NCBI GenBank assembly: GCA_012295275.1
Contig: CM022677.1
Location: 7,688,001 to 7,752,000, forward strand
Origin: Chrysomallon squamiferum
Lineage: Eukaryota; Animalia; Mollusca
Direction: 5' to 3'
Length of the DNA stretch: 64,000 bases
Shown here: positions 1-15,485 of the stretch, in pieces
Layout of the letters: every line of letters starts with the position of its first letter
Numbering within the stretch: position 1 is the stretch's first letter
Program-made: the position numbers and the translations under genes
Notes under the pieces: generated by a model
The model's database searches: none
What the model saw: the letters and a program-made list of their open reading frames with translations, nothing else
What the model was told of the DNA's origin: nothing

Positions 1-345
1 TATTAATGACGCCGTCGTTGCCTTCGTAACGGCGTTGTTCCTAGTTTTATTCGAGTACTTCTCATTAGTCTTTATCGCTTTTTATTAATTGTTCCTCATA
101 CTTTCTGAGCGCGCGCATCACCTATTAAAATATATTATTGTAATTTCTATTGATGTCGATGTCGTTGCCGTCGTACCTAACGTTATTGGTGTAGTCGTCA
201 TTATTCGTTTTCGTTTTTCATTCATGTTATGCTTATTTTCTGACCGTGCCCATCCCGTATTAAAATATATTATTATCTCCGTTAATGTCGCCGTCGTTGC
301 CATCGTAAAGCGGTTATTCGTAATGTTTTGGGGGTACTTATCATT
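1..345. repeat. Degenerate ~130-150 bp tandem repeat; related copies at 26935-27275 (inverted), 58728-58780 and 63048-63100
   Basis: Core TAATG(A/T)CGCCGTCGTTGCC recurs at ~4 and ~283, with a variant at ~152. Reverse-complement units (GCAACGATGGCGACGTTAACAGAAATAG...GTGCACACTAAGAA) lie at 26957, 27096 and 27250. CTCATACTTTCT.AGCG.GCG..ATCACCTATTAAAATATATTA is shared with 58729. Confidence 0.7.
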
Positions 346-3300
346 ATTCTTTTTAAAATAATCGCAAAAACATCATCAAAAAAATCTAGAGAAATTTCAC
401 TATGCACAATGACAAGTGACAGACTTTCACTGGAATTGTCTCATTTATCTATGAGAATGTTTTTTTATTTTTACTATGACAGATGAGGAAAACATTAATG
501 AAATATATATATTTATATATTCTCTTTATTCTTTGAGTAAAACGTTAATGAAATATATATATATATATATTCTGTTTATTCTTTGTCCGTCTTTGTCACT
601 GTCTCGTTGACTCTAAATTGTCTCAGTCTAATTCTCTGCCTCATTCACGTGTTTCTATTTCTTTTCATAATTATTTTATTTATTTGTTGTATTTATTATT
701 ATTAATTATTATTTATTATTTTTTTTTTAACTTATTTATTTTAAATTTTTGGGTTTGGATATAGTCAGAAATTAAAGTGAAGAACAGAGCTAGAAGTGAA
801 ATCATTGTATTTCAAACTCAATGTGCTGCCAAGTTAACTAAATTTTCAGCAGAATCAAAAAAGTCTTAAATTCCACCACAACGTTAGACAAAATTGGACT
901 TTGACATGTAGTTTTTTAATGAAATAGTTGTTAGAATTAGCAACAATAAATGTAACTTATTTTTCTCTACTATCAGATTTTGTAAAAGAAACATATTGTT
1001 ACTTCACTTAGTATTTTATCAAGAGCGAATAAAAATACCAAACTCACATTAGCTATTTCTGAATAAAGAGAATTAATTTGAATTATTTTATTATTTTTTC
1101 ATTATTATTACTATTATTATTTTTATTTTTATTACCCTTACTGTTGTTATTACTGTTACTATTATTATAATTATTATTATAAATAATTCTGCCTATTCAC
1201 TGGGTTCCTTCATTAGGAAATAAAACTAAACAACATTCTTAGCTGAAATAGATGAGGTTTTTTTATTGCTTACAAATTAACATTAAAAATGATAACGCCC
1301 ATTTCCCATCATGATGTTTGCTTTATAATGAAGTAACTATTCACACCAGCCCACAAAACACATTTGCATATTATTTCAGATTCAGCATGTGCCTTTTCAG
1401 TGTCTTTGTGTACGTTTTTACTGATGTAGGTTTCCAAAGGGGAGTTTACATATAATTACAATTGAACAGATTATAGGCCATCAAATGAGAAATTTATATC
1501 ATTTAAAATTTATTTTAAATGTTTTGACACGATCTATTTTTAATTAATTTTTGTTTTAGACAGGAGCTGACAAAAGGGAAATTTATATATATTTAAATCT
1601 ATTTATGAATTTTTTATCATATTGGCAAACAAATACAAAATTTACATATTTGCACATTGAACATTTTTTAAATTTTTTAAATGTTTTTTTTTAATAGATA
1701 ATTGGGCCAACTAAAGGGAAAAATTAAGACTGGTGAATATTAATAATAATAATTTTGATAACAGTAGTAATAGTAGTGGTAGTAATAATAGTAGTGATAA
1801 TAATAATAATAATAATAACAATAATAATAATACATTTTTTGCATTTCACCATTTGATACGAGACATTAACTTGAAAGTCTATTTTCTGTCATTATCCATA
1901 CAGAAATGACTGAAATAATGTTCTTAAACAATTAATAACAAAATTCATACATATATATATACACACACATATATATCCAATCCATTGAAAATATTATAAT
2001 ACAGGATGGTATAAATATAAAATTACAGTAAGATTGTTTTGTCATGGTAACTATGAGTGAATTACAAATTCAATAGTTTAAAAAAGATACACCTGTTATG
2101 AATGATCAATACAGATAGTAAACTACTTTTGATTGGATAATATGTCTGAGAAAATCATTTTGATTGGTTTAAAAAACAGTTGGTCACATATATTTTTATA
2201 AATAATATATAAATATCAAATGTGATATAAAACTGATGTTTTATTTTTATGTGAATATTTTTCTTTGTCTGATGTCATATTATGAAACAGGACTTTTCAA
2301 TGGTTAAAGCTCAGATCTATTCTACTATTTGACTGGCCAGAAGTCAATAAATAAATAATTTCAATGGCTAATTATTAAAGCCGTTCCTATCTTCATTGGT
2401 CAGCTGACGATCCAATCACCTCTCAGGATTTCATTTATAATTAAAGTGATTTTTCTGTGCACAGTTTTCACTGTTTGATTCAAGTGCTGAGTTTAAAATG
2501 TAAATCCACTAAAACATTAACAAATATGTACAAAAATCTGATAAGATGAACAATTCATTTGTTTTTTTTTTGTTCTTTTCTTTCTTTTTTCTTTTCTGTA
2601 ATACTATATGCTGTTTTGATGCTTCATATGAAATTGGTGATTCTATAACAGTGATTTTACTTAGTTCCAAAATATGAAAATAAAAATGGCAGTAAATGAA
2701 AACACATTATTTGCTCATAAATGTTGTTGTTGCAAACATAAAAAAATTAAGAATGCATAAAAGTAAATAAATGAATAAAAAAGAACAAACCAGACAGACA
2801 ATGAAACTAGTCTATACAAGTGTCCTGCTCTGTTGACAGTATGTGTCAACTGAGGTGTAGCAATTATACAAAAATATATTTGCTGGTGCAGAACTTGAAA
2901 GTTTTTTATTTTGTGTGATCTGAACAGTTGGATTTGTAATGAAAAAATTTAATATTTCTTCCTTCTTAATGTCATTTAACTTTTCTCAACACCTGAGCAG
3001 AATTCTAAATATTGTGTGTAGCTGGTCATTGATTAGGAACTAGATTTAAAGACAGACTGGAAAATAAACAAAAATATCATAAAATGAAACATATCTTTTT
3101 TTACCAATTTTAAACAAATGGTAGTTCTAAATACTTGTTGTATTCAAATTCAGCTAAAAGTTTCGGGAAAAGAAAACAGAATCATGTGGGTTGTTGTTAA
3201 CAGGTTTTTAGTAATATTTATATTATGTGTATAATCAACATTCTTTTGCTGTTTTTAACCTGTCAGGCCATCTGACCTTTGACCATGGTCAGTGACTGGC

Positions 3301-3872
3301 CGATGCAATGTTTTAACGCAATAAGTGAACTGAAATATGGTCACATTGTGTGCTTTATCTTCTCTGTGACTTCTGATGTTCCATGCAAGGTGTGTCAGCC
3401 AAAGGGACGCAACTTGAGGTTTGTCTGCTTCAGCTTTTGGTTTCAGTTTTGGTTCACTGTTATTTGAGTTTTGGCTGCAGCTTGTAATAAACAACTTTTT
3501 CAGTCTTCACAGTTTATGTTAACAGTGAGGGAACAAAAACAATAATAAAGAACAAAACAAATTCAAACACACTTTTGATATTTTTGTTTACATATATCTG
3601 CCAGTTCACAGCAACAAGGTAAGGCTATCAGTATCACAGCCAATATTCAAGTGTAAAAAGCAAATACAAGAAATCTGAAACAAAAATTACAAAAAGAAAC
3701 GAAAAAAATTATGTCTAGTGTTACTGGTTTATAGATAACACATGAATTACATCTGACAAACAACTAAACAAAAAATTAATAAAAAATATGGTTTGTTAAA
3801 TGATTATAAAAATATGTAACACACATTTCAAAATCATTGGTGATAAATAATAATGAAATAATGAAATATATG

Positions 3873-3944
3873 TACAATCTGTGTCATGTGACAGCATCAC
3901 CAGGCAGATTAATACTGTGATACTGTCACATGACACAGATTGTA
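3873..3944. repeat. 72-bp near-perfect inverted repeat (28-bp arms, 16-nt loop)
   Basis: TACAATCTGTGTCATGTGACAGCATCAC (3873-3900) is the reverse complement of 3917-3944 with one mismatch. Confidence 0.9.
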
Positions 3945-4386
3945 TAAGTTGTATTGTTTATTATTACTTTACCTGGAGATGGTGGCTCCCCCTGTCTGCC
4001 CATTTTGTGTAAGTACAATGCAGGAAACTAACAGAAAAACAAAAACAAAATAATTAATTTAAAAACATTGTATTATATTATTTGGATTTACAAAAATTAT
4101 TTTGTGACATAATAAATAAATAAATAAATAAATTTATATTAAAAAAGTAATTTAAAAAAAAAAGAAGAAAACAGAAAAATCTAAATATGAATTATAGAAC
4201 AATGAGAACAAAATATGTAGATGAGAACTGATACTTTTCAAATTTAATTAGTACTACTACTACTACTACTACTACTAATAATAATAATAATAATAATTTA
4301 AGAAAGAAAATCAAAATCAAAATAGAATATTACATGTATACAAACAAATTAGATATTGACCAGTTTTTACATTATAAATTACTATT

Positions 4387-4470
4387 CTCCATGGCTCCAG
4401 CTTAGTTCTCCCAGGTTTATATGCTTACAGTATTGGTGTAATCCTAACTCTAATACTAACCCTAATCCTA
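4387..4470 (+). mobile_element. Short second copy (inverted) of the MULE-fragment/telomere-like-repeat junction
   Basis: CTCCATGGCTCCAGCTTAGTTCTCCCAGGTTTATATGCTTACAGTATTGGTGTAATCCTAACTCTAATACTAACCCTAATCCTA is nearly the exact reverse complement of ~9635-9718. Confidence 0.85.
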
Positions 4471-6309
4471 ATAATGCTTTATAGCATCTTTAATTTATTG
4501 TAAAACTAACCACTTATTAAGTTTAGTAACAAATTTTCCATGAAAATTAATTAAATGCTCTAGATAGTGTTTTGATTGTACATGCATGTAATAATACATA
4601 TGAATAAAGCTTATACACATAAATTTAAGAAAAACAGATTTCAATATTTCTGGTCCATTAAATTTAGCAATGGCTTAATTTAGATTAATAATAATAATGA
4701 GCAGGGCTTTAAAAATAAGAAAATTAATAAACAAGCGAGAAAGCTAATTTAACCTGCAAATAAAGATTTAAAATAAAATTTTACAGAAAAGATAATTTAT
4801 GATATAACAAAATGGTGATTTCTAACTACATTATTAACATCATTATTTTGATGCATGTTTCAATATGGTATACATTCTGAAAATACTGCTTACATTCATT
4901 AAAAAATAAATGTGTTTCTATAACACTTAAAAACTGAAATATTTTAGAATTATATTTTATATTATAATTATTAAAAACAATAAATTACTAATCTGACATA
5001 TTAAAAGAATTACTTTAATTCATGGATTTCAAAAAAGCTTTATTTTTATTTTTATTATATTATTATTATTTGTTTTGTTTTTTGAAGTTCTACAGTCACT
5101 ATTTTTGATATGTGATGAAAATTCTGTAAATAAGCAAAGTGAAAATTAAGTGAAAAGCAAAAAGGTTTTTAGATAATAATAATAATAAAGATAATAATGC
5201 AAAAAAAAAAAAACACCCAAAAAAACCAAGAACTGGTTCAGTTTAAAAAAGTAAAGTTAATACAAATGACAGGATGATGAAAACAAATGTGGATGACTAA
5301 ATGATAAATATGCTTTAAACTAATGGATGATAAAATTAGTTAATTTTACTTATAAAAATTGAACTTAATGAATATGTGTGATTTATATATTCCATGTTGA
5401 CTGGTACCAGCATTTCCTAATAATAAAGAATAACAATATTTTAACAGGCTTGTATATAAAGGATGACTTACCCAATATTTTATTTTATTTTTTTATATTA
5501 ATTTATCTATATATCACAAAATATCAGAAATGTAAACCAAAACCTCACGGACTGAGTAAATTAGTGTATAATGCTGGCATACTCAGTCTGTTAAAGCCTT
5601 TTGTATGGAGGAATGATGTTAACGATGGAAACACAAATATAGAGATGAAAGAATAACAAATAAATAAATAAAATAATAATAAAAATATAAGAAGAATTTA
5701 AAAAATCATAAGATAAAGAATATATAACGATTGTTGACACCAGAAACAAGAATAAAACAATGCTAATGGAAATAATGAAGTATTCTAAGTTATCATGCAT
5801 TCTAACCACTGAGCCAGTTTAAGTTTAACACAGTTGATTAAGTGAATACTCTCGGAGTAGAGTCTCAACTCAGTTTTGTGAAAGCTAATGAGTACTTGGT
5901 GTTTCGTGACATTTGACTTCCATTACCATAGCGAGATGCTGAATTAACATTAATAAAACTAATAATAAACCCTGCAATATAAGCTGATGAAATAAATCTT
6001 CATAAAATTTAACTGAGGAGCACTCATTTAAAATTAACTTTCTTTATTGGCAGCTTCTGAAATCCTGATATTATATAAGGATCTTCAAAAAACATGAAAG
6101 CATCCATTTTAAATAATACAAATATATTTACATAGGAAAAAGCATTCATCAGTCTGTACACTAAAACTGAATATTACAAATATCAATTTTTCCAGTACAA
6201 TAACAAATTTCATAAATTCATATAATAAAAGATATAATACATTTCTGGCTTGCAATATACATTTTTTTAAAGTAAAATCCTGAACCATAACTAAACATTC
6301 TCACGAAAC

Positions 6310-6498
6310 TTATTTTCTGTTTCCTGACCATTCAGAAGATGTTAGTTTTATCAAGTGGAAAAAGTAGATGGTACGGTGCTGTTCACAGAATGTTTTGATG
6401 AGGTGTAGATTACATAAAGAATTAGCTATTCCTAACCCATCTTTCAATCATATCTGAAAAATATATAAATAACAATGAGGCAATAAACATTCAATAAC

Positions 6499-6575
<77 letters not shown>

Positions 6576-7620
6576 CTAACAAAAAGCCTGACCTAATAAT
6601 AAAATAAGAATTTGTCTATTATGAAACATAAAATTTAAAAACAACAAATCTGTCACTATTAACATTCATAAATTTAATGCTAAATTTTAAAGTTACCGTC
6701 TGATATATTATTTTATTTACAAAAATTGTGCTAAACAAACCCATGAAATTTGAGAGACTGCAGACAATAGAAACTACAGACAACAGCTACAGATCATCCA
6801 TCTCCAGTGTATTTTAGTGTGTCTGTGCTCACAGGAACAGTGACACTGTGTGAAGGCTGACAGTTCCATCTGGTAACAGGAAAGCTTGTCCCTTTAATAA
6901 ATAATGTTACCAAGTGTGAGGGAAGAATTTTCCACCTGTAAAAGTCATGTGTTCTGACTTGATTCTGTCTGCCAAGTCAACAAAATGCCTCAGTGTTACG
7001 GGTTCTTGTTTTACAGAATGATCTGGCGACACACATCTAGCGGCAAACTTCATAAAACGTTGCCAAATTAAACAAGTCCCTTTTTTTCTTACAAAAGCCT
7101 TCTATTCAGCTATATTAGTCTTTACTAGTGAATGTTCAATGTTATGTGAATACTGTTTTTAAAAGTGCTTGTGTTTGTCCTGTTCTAGTGATACAGTATT
7201 TATAATATATAGCATACATAGATCCCATACTGACCACTAGAGCAAGCCAACTTGGGTAGTACCTGCCCGAGACAGATACACATTTACAATTAGGGGAATC
7301 CCTAAAGCATTATAATGATATTAATAATAATAATAATAAAAATAAAAATTAACAAAACAGCAAATAACTGATTATTATTACACTGTTTTATTGTGAATTA
7401 AGAATTGTTTCAAAACTTATTGTACTCTCTAAGACACAAAATAAAATAAAATTACAACTCAGAAAGCATGAGAATGGTTATATGACAGGACAAAAATTTC
7501 AAACACACACACACATAAACTAATAAAACATACTCTGCCACTGTTGAGAGGTTCCTGAAAACATTCTAACACAGGCCTGACATTACCTGACAGCAGACTG
7601 TTGATAAGATGTTGTGTCAT
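6310..7620 (-). pseudogene. CAMSAP: CAMSAP/Patronin-like unprocessed pseudogene fragment, copy 1 (N-terminal/CH region exons)
   Basis: Exon 7620-7534 (ttttccag / gtatg) reads HLINSLLSG-[frameshift]-CQACVRMFSGTSQQWQ. The exon starting at 6453 (ttttcag) reads I*LKDGLGIANSLCNLHLIKTFCEQH, resembling the recalled CAMSAP CH motif DICLKE...ADSLYNLQLIQEFCQE. It contains an in-frame TGA and a frameshift. Confidence 0.7.
6501..6573. repeat. (GA)n microsatellite
   Basis: Pure GA run. Similar (CT/GA)n runs at ~11058-11137, 13996-14110, 18094-18172, 27654-27738, 33582-33617 and 34207-34268. Confidence 0.95.
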
Positions 7621-9404
7621 CTGGAAAATTACAATAATTAAATTAAATAACAATAAAATAATAAGATTTTTTTAACATATTTTAATCATGACGATGATAA
7701 AAGTTAATATCAATAATATTAATAACCTTAACAACAACAATAGTAGTACTATTAAAATATTAATAGTAAAAATAGGAATAATACCATAACAATAACAGTA
7801 ATAATAATTTAATATATATATTTTCATCTATTACTGATTATAATAAGCATAATATTTGTTAATGAGAAAAAGAAGGAATGAATGATTATTCAACAACATG
7901 TATATAGCATCACATTTTTGCTTTTGCATTTAACACGTTTTATCAAGGAATATGGTAACTATACTGTAGAAAAAAATGTCACGACGGGAAACACAAATTT
8001 CTTCATAGATAATTTTCAGAGCATTTATTTTTTCTATTTTTGATGAATAATTATAAGTTTTATATAAAGTCTGAAACTTGAGGTAATTCAAACAAAATGA
8101 CGATGCACATAATAACTTTAATAATTAGAATATATATCTTGTAATATTTGAAATTTTTAAAATAATTCACTCACATCTCATTTTTCATATAAATGTTCTT
8201 TAAAAGTATTTTCTCCAAATGTTTTCTGCAAAATCCAAGCCGGCGATGAATTTAATTTGGCCTGGCAAACATCAAAAATAAATAAATGTTAATAATGATA
8301 TAAAGAAGAAAATATAAAAAAGTAATAATGATTTTAAAACTAATAATAAAAATTAAAAGTCGTAATAGTAATTATAATAATAAAAAGAAGACGAAGAAAA
8401 AGAAAAAAACCATTCCGTGGTAAGAATTTCAGCCAGGACGTGACGTTCTCTCTCTTTTAAAAATTCGAATCGGAGTCGCGCTACAATTCGCTCAAAATAA
8501 AACATCAGAATCCATTTGAATTCGCATCATATATTTCCAAAATTCTATTAAACTGAATAATCAACGAGTAAAACGTTAATTAAAAACAATAATGCGTAGC
8601 ATGTATAGGAATCATGGTAGTTTATCGAGACTAGTCTAGCCTGGGGCCTAGCGGTGGTTGACCCATTTCTATGAACTAAATTACCAAGAAACAGAACCGA
8701 AAGGAACATGCTTGTTTTACCGCATCTAAATTTTCGGAAGGCGAACTTCCTCGATCCCCATATGCAGAGACTGTGTCCTAACCTACAAATATATAATATA
8801 TCCTACATATGCCTCTGTATACCACTACACAAATACAAAAAATAGCAAAACATTTAATTCACATGGCTGAAATAAGATTTATCCTTTTTTTTTCTTTCTT
8901 TTTTTTTTCCTCCGTGAGCTGATCTTCCGCTATCTTTAATAATCATGATGTCGATCGAGGTATCACATAGTTGTGGCTAAACACCTTTCAAACAATCAGC
9001 GGCTGAGAACTGTCACAGGATCAATATACGTACACTTCCCCTACAGAGTAATATTACAATGTGGGATGTGGAACACGGATGAGAGAATGAAAGGAATAAA
9101 CGAGTAAAAATGCAAAAGAAAATGTAAAACAAAGCTACAACTATTATAGAAATTATGAACTATGACAGAATTAAAACAAAACAAATATAATTAGAATGAA
9201 AAAAACGAAACAATAAAAAAACAAGAGACAGAATTAAAAATGATAATAAATAAAATAAAATAAAAAAATCATATAATCGAACGCTTGGAAAATAAGATAT
9301 GAGATATTTAGACATTGTGGCCATGCATTTGAAGGCCACTGTAAGTTCAAGCTGAAAGCACAGTTAGAAATGGTGTTAGCATCTGAATTAAGTTCAGTCC
9401 CTTC

Positions 9405-9665
9405 GTTAGGGTTACGTTTAAGGTAGGTTATGGTTAGGATGAGGGTTATTTAAATTTATCAATGTTACGATAATGTGCAAAATAATTTTACGGTCATTAA
9501 CAGCAGCGTTAACGTAAGAATCAAAGTTGTGGACTTGGATAGGATTACATTTAGAAGATAAGCTAGGATGGGTTAGGATTAGGATCAATGTTAGGGTTAG
9601 GGTAAGAGTTAGGATTAGGGTTAGTATTAGAGTTAGGATTAGGGTTAGGATTAGAGTTAGGATTA
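9405..9665 (+). repeat. Degenerate interstitial telomere-like (TTAGGG/TTAGGA/TTAGAG) repeats
   Basis: GGTTAGGATTAGG...TTAGGGTTAGGGTAAGAGTTAGGATTAGGGTTAGTATTAGAGTTAGGATTAGGGTTAGGATTAGAGTTAGGATT at 9570-9664, with a weaker patch at 9405-9448. Confidence 0.8.
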
Positions 9666-9934
9666 CACCAATACCGTAAGCACATAAACCTGGGAGAACT
9701 AAGCTGGAGCCATGGAGACGTTGCCATCCATGAAGTTGGCAGTCGCAGTGGCCAGGCACCTGAGTCCCAGTTCTGTACTAAAGGCGATGATCCTGCTAAC
9801 AGCCTCTGGTCCAGTGTCGTAGAGTAGGAATTGCTCTGGATAAGGGACCACGGTCTTCTGCCGCTCATCTGGTAGGTATGAACTCAGAGAGGTGCTGTGC
9901 TACTGGAGCAGTCTTGTGGTTGTTGCGTAAACTG
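9663..9934 (-). mobile_element. Mutator-like (MULE) DDE transposase fragment, degenerate
   Basis: A minus-strand frame absent from the ORF track reads LPDERQKTVVPYPEQFLLYDTGPEAVSRIIAFSTELGLRCLATATANFMDGNVSMAPA*FSQVYVL. This matches the animal MULE pattern FLLYDSG..RI.IF.T...L..L.....W.MDGTF..AP..F.QLY.I, which includes the first catalytic Asp. GC content is locally higher. Confidence 0.8.
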
Positions 9935-11057
9935 ATTTTCCCGCCCATCCAATTAAATCGCATTCATTAACACATCACTGCATTTCAGAAATTTAAAATA
10001 TAAATAAAATCGTTTACAGTATATGCACCCGTATACATACCAAGACTGACTTTCTTGGAGAACTTCCACCAAATCTTGTTCTTCCTAGTAGCTAACTTGG
10101 TATAGATGTGGCCATGATAACAAATTTTTGATCCACCTTACTGACTCCATAGTAATTTTATTGATATGTTTGTGGAATATATTCTAATGATGGCGCTAAT
10201 GAGTCTCAGGAATGGTGCTCCCTCACAGCTTTTATATTCATATCATGAGTAATTAAGTTGAAAGCCATCTGGGAAGCCATATACAGGGACAGATCTGAGG
10301 ACATAAAGAGAAGGGATTACTCTTCGAATGGGTCAATTAGAGAATAGCTTCTTAAATGGTTTCTTCAAGAAAATGATAATTGAGACATTTTAAGAACCCA
10401 CTGGATAGGTCAATGACAATTAAAACTCAACTGGGTAACTTAATTGGGAAACTGACATGTTAGAGAGATGTAGAGATATAGATTGCCATAGTGTTTATGG
10501 TGAAACATATGGATTATCAATTGGGGAATGATAATTAATGGGTGAAAGAGCTGCATATTTATGATGAGTATTTAAGAAGCATTAAAAATATTGTTTGGCA
10601 AATCAAATAATTTGAAATACCTTTAACCTATTTAAAATAGGAATTTTAGTAAAAATGTGGTGTTTCTTTCTTTCCTGTTGCTTTCTTTCCTACAACCATA
10701 TTTTTAATAGAATATTTGTTCTCAACTGTTTTAAATCCTGACATCTGCAAAATCAAACCCATTGCATCTTATCTAAAAACAATAAATGGAAAACCATGCT
10801 GAAATTGTTATAATTCATATAATTTAAAACAAACAAAGAAAAAAAAAAAAAAAAAAAAGAGAATAGTCTTTCTGTGTTTTTATTTTTATTATGTGTATAT
10901 TGATCAAAATCTGTTTTTGTTGTCTGTCAACCAGCAGAAGATAATCTGACATGATCATTATAAATATATATACACACAACTACATAAATACACATCTTGT
11001 CTGAGTTTATGAAAACAAACATTAAAAGCAATAGCATGAACACCAGTCATCTGTACA

Positions 11058-11140
<83 letters not shown>

Positions 11141-11171
11141 TCAGTCTTTTTTGTCTATTTACAAATACGTT

Positions 11172-11332
11172 AAACAGAGTTACTTCCCTTAGACCATTAA
11201 CGCATATGCAATGTCAAGCTAAATTCGGTTTACTACATTTAGATGAAATCGGCTAATTCTATAAATGTTTTAGTAAAATATTCTAATATTAAATTCAACA
11301 GTTGATAAAGAGCCAGTTTTCATTATTTGTTG
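11172..11332. repeat. Dispersed repeat family beginning AGAGTTA(T/C)TTCCCTTAGACC; other copies at 12146-12335 and, inverted, 58828-58998 and 63148-63304
   Basis: Shared blocks CCCTTAGACC, GCATATG(C)AATGTC, TAATTCT.TA.A.TG.TTT and AAAGAGCCAGTTT.CATTATTTGTTG occur in the same order. Confidence 0.7.
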
Positions 11333-11774
11333 CTTTATTTGATTTATTATTATTACTTAATTAATTATTGAAAAATTCGCTTAAAACATTAATTTTTTTT
11401 TTTTTTTTTTTTTTTGTCTCTTCAGTAAAAACAATGAATTTGTATACAACATTTACACTATAAATCTCGAGCAGTCACGATCACTCTGGGTTTCTTCGTG
11501 TGATATCTGCTTTGGTTTTGTATAATATAAATAAATGAATAGTTCTTATTTAAAATTGTCATTTTTTATTCAAATAGTAAACGTGTCACGCGAGTCTCGA
11601 TTACGTCATTAGTTTTACAAACTGTAAAACAAGTTTCTAAGGCGGAGACAATTTTGAATCCTTTTTTAAGAATAAAATAAACTATACAGGAAAAGGTGAA
11701 GATGTTGAAGTGAATATAAACTACTCTGCTGGATAAGCTTAATGTTTTTGTTTTCTTTTTCTTTTATTATTATA

Positions 11775-11822
<48 letters not shown>

Positions 11823-12679
11823 GAAAACGTGAGAAGAATGGTCAAAACTGAGTTAACTTTACTTGAACAAGAACACTTTGTTTTCGTTACTGCAAAACAA
11901 AGGACATTTGAGTGGAAGTTTGCAGGGACAAGCGCAGTATTCTAGTGAGGTAAAACACAAATAATTAACTTAGTTAACAAAATAAATAAATAAATAGATA
12001 AAGTTATTAATATTAATGTTAATCTCGAAGATCCTCCAGTATTTTGAGTATACACTGAACCTCTCTCAGTGACATACGATAACATCGCTGCTTTATTATC
12101 GATTTTTTCGACACACAGTCTTTTTTGTATATTTACCAACGTGTTAAATAGAGTTATTTCCCTTAGACCGGGAACTTCTGAAATATATTATTCCTTGCAT
12201 ATGTGAGGTGACGGTAAATTAGAGTTGCTGTTTTTAGATGAAAAGAACTAATTCTGTATAATGTTTTGTAGCAGGCAGAACCAGCTTATTAATATTCCCT
12301 GCGTTTTCTTTGTCTTTTAAATACCAGTTTCCTATTTTTTATTTTTTTATTTAATGTGTTATTATTATTTATTGAATTATTGTAAAACGCCTATTTCATT
12401 TAATGTTTTTCATTCAATTTTATTTATTTATTTTGGTTAAAAAAGTAAGAAAGACGCAGATCACTGCTTGGTAATATGAATAACCATCCTTATCAGTTAA
12501 ATCATAGAAGGTTCAGAAAAGAGACGTAAAATACTTGAATTTGGAAGTTTAAAAACTTCCGAGAGCTCACGGAAACTTCCGATCGAAATGCAATATGGCA
12601 ACATCGAAGTCCGATCAGTGTTTACATACTTTTAAACATGTGGTCTTTTATAATGCAATCAATTCTATTTGGATTTAGT

Positions 12680-14232
<1,553 letters not shown>

Positions 14233-14429
14233 ATATTTAAAAAAAACAAAATATTTTTTAGGTTCACTCAACAGACTTACACTCTGTTTTTGGGGGGGTT
14301 TTTTTGAAAAAGAAATAATAATAATAGTAATAATAATTGTCCTAATTAGTGAAAATTTAGAATAAACTTATATAATATTAAGTAAGAAAAAAAGAAAAAA
14401 AAGAAAGAAAAAAATATTAATTATTATTA

Positions 14430-14464
<35 letters not shown>

Positions 14465-15485
14465 TTTTTTTTTTTGAATCTACTGACCATTCATATTCTT
14501 GTTAATTTTCTTCTTCATTCTTTTTGTTTCTTATTCTTCATTTCCTAGTTTCTGCTTATTCTTTTATGTTACCATTATTTGTTATTTACTTATTTTTTCC
14601 TGACATCACTTAAAATACACTATATTATTTCTTTTAGTTCTTCAGTCTCTTTCTTTTATCATTTTAATTTCTTTTGGTTTTTTGAATTTTGTTATCCTGC
14701 TCATGGTTATTTAAAGAATTAGAGCTTTTTATTATTATTATTATTATATATATTTATTATTTTCAGTTTGTTAACTGCATCTCTATCTTTCTAGTTATTT
14801 TTCTTCATTCTAATAATTCAAATTATTTTATTTTAATATTTATTTATTATTATTATTATTGTTATTACTATTATTATTATTAGTTTTATTTTTCTTGTTA
14901 CAAGCTACTTATAATTCATTTCAGTGTTATATTTCTTCTTCATGTTTCTTCTTATTCAGTTGAGAGCAGACTTTTTCTTATTTTTTGCTAACTTTTGCTT
15001 TTTCAAATGATCTGAGGTCAGAACTACACTAGTTACAGCACTTAAGAGATACAAAACTGCACATAACAATATTCCTACATTATTCTCAACAGTATTCAGT
15101 GTTTTAATAAAACAAGTTACCTAGTAATATCTCAGAGAATTAATATTTCAGTATACGTTTTTGTTATTAGTGTAGATGTTCTTTCTAATTCAAAACGTGA
15201 CTCCACTGAGATCTAGTGTTTGCCAGTGAAAACACTGTTATTTTGATATGCCAAGCAGACCTGAACAATAATGAAGCTGTAAACTTGTATTGTTGTTAGA
15301 CTATCAATATATTTTGTTTTCTGCAAATTACTATTATTAGTGATTTTTTAGAACAGCATTATTCTGATAACTTGTTTGTTACTATTAGTGTATTTTAAAT
15401 AGTTACCAATCATTTGTTAAAAATATTACGTGACAGTTGTATTTATATTTTTTTATTTTTTTATTTTGTTTTATTATTTACACAG

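Noticed and set aside
7030-7046. CTCF-like site (CCGCTAGATGTG on the minus strand)
   Set aside because: Single imperfect match that cannot be supported without binding data.
9405-9665. True chromosome end
   Set aside because: The tract is short, degenerate and flanked by ordinary sequence on both sides.
9418-9868. 113-aa and 101-aa ORFs with LTLI/NPNP repeats
   Set aside because: They are shadow frames of telomere-like repeats and of the MULE fragment, which lies in the third frame.
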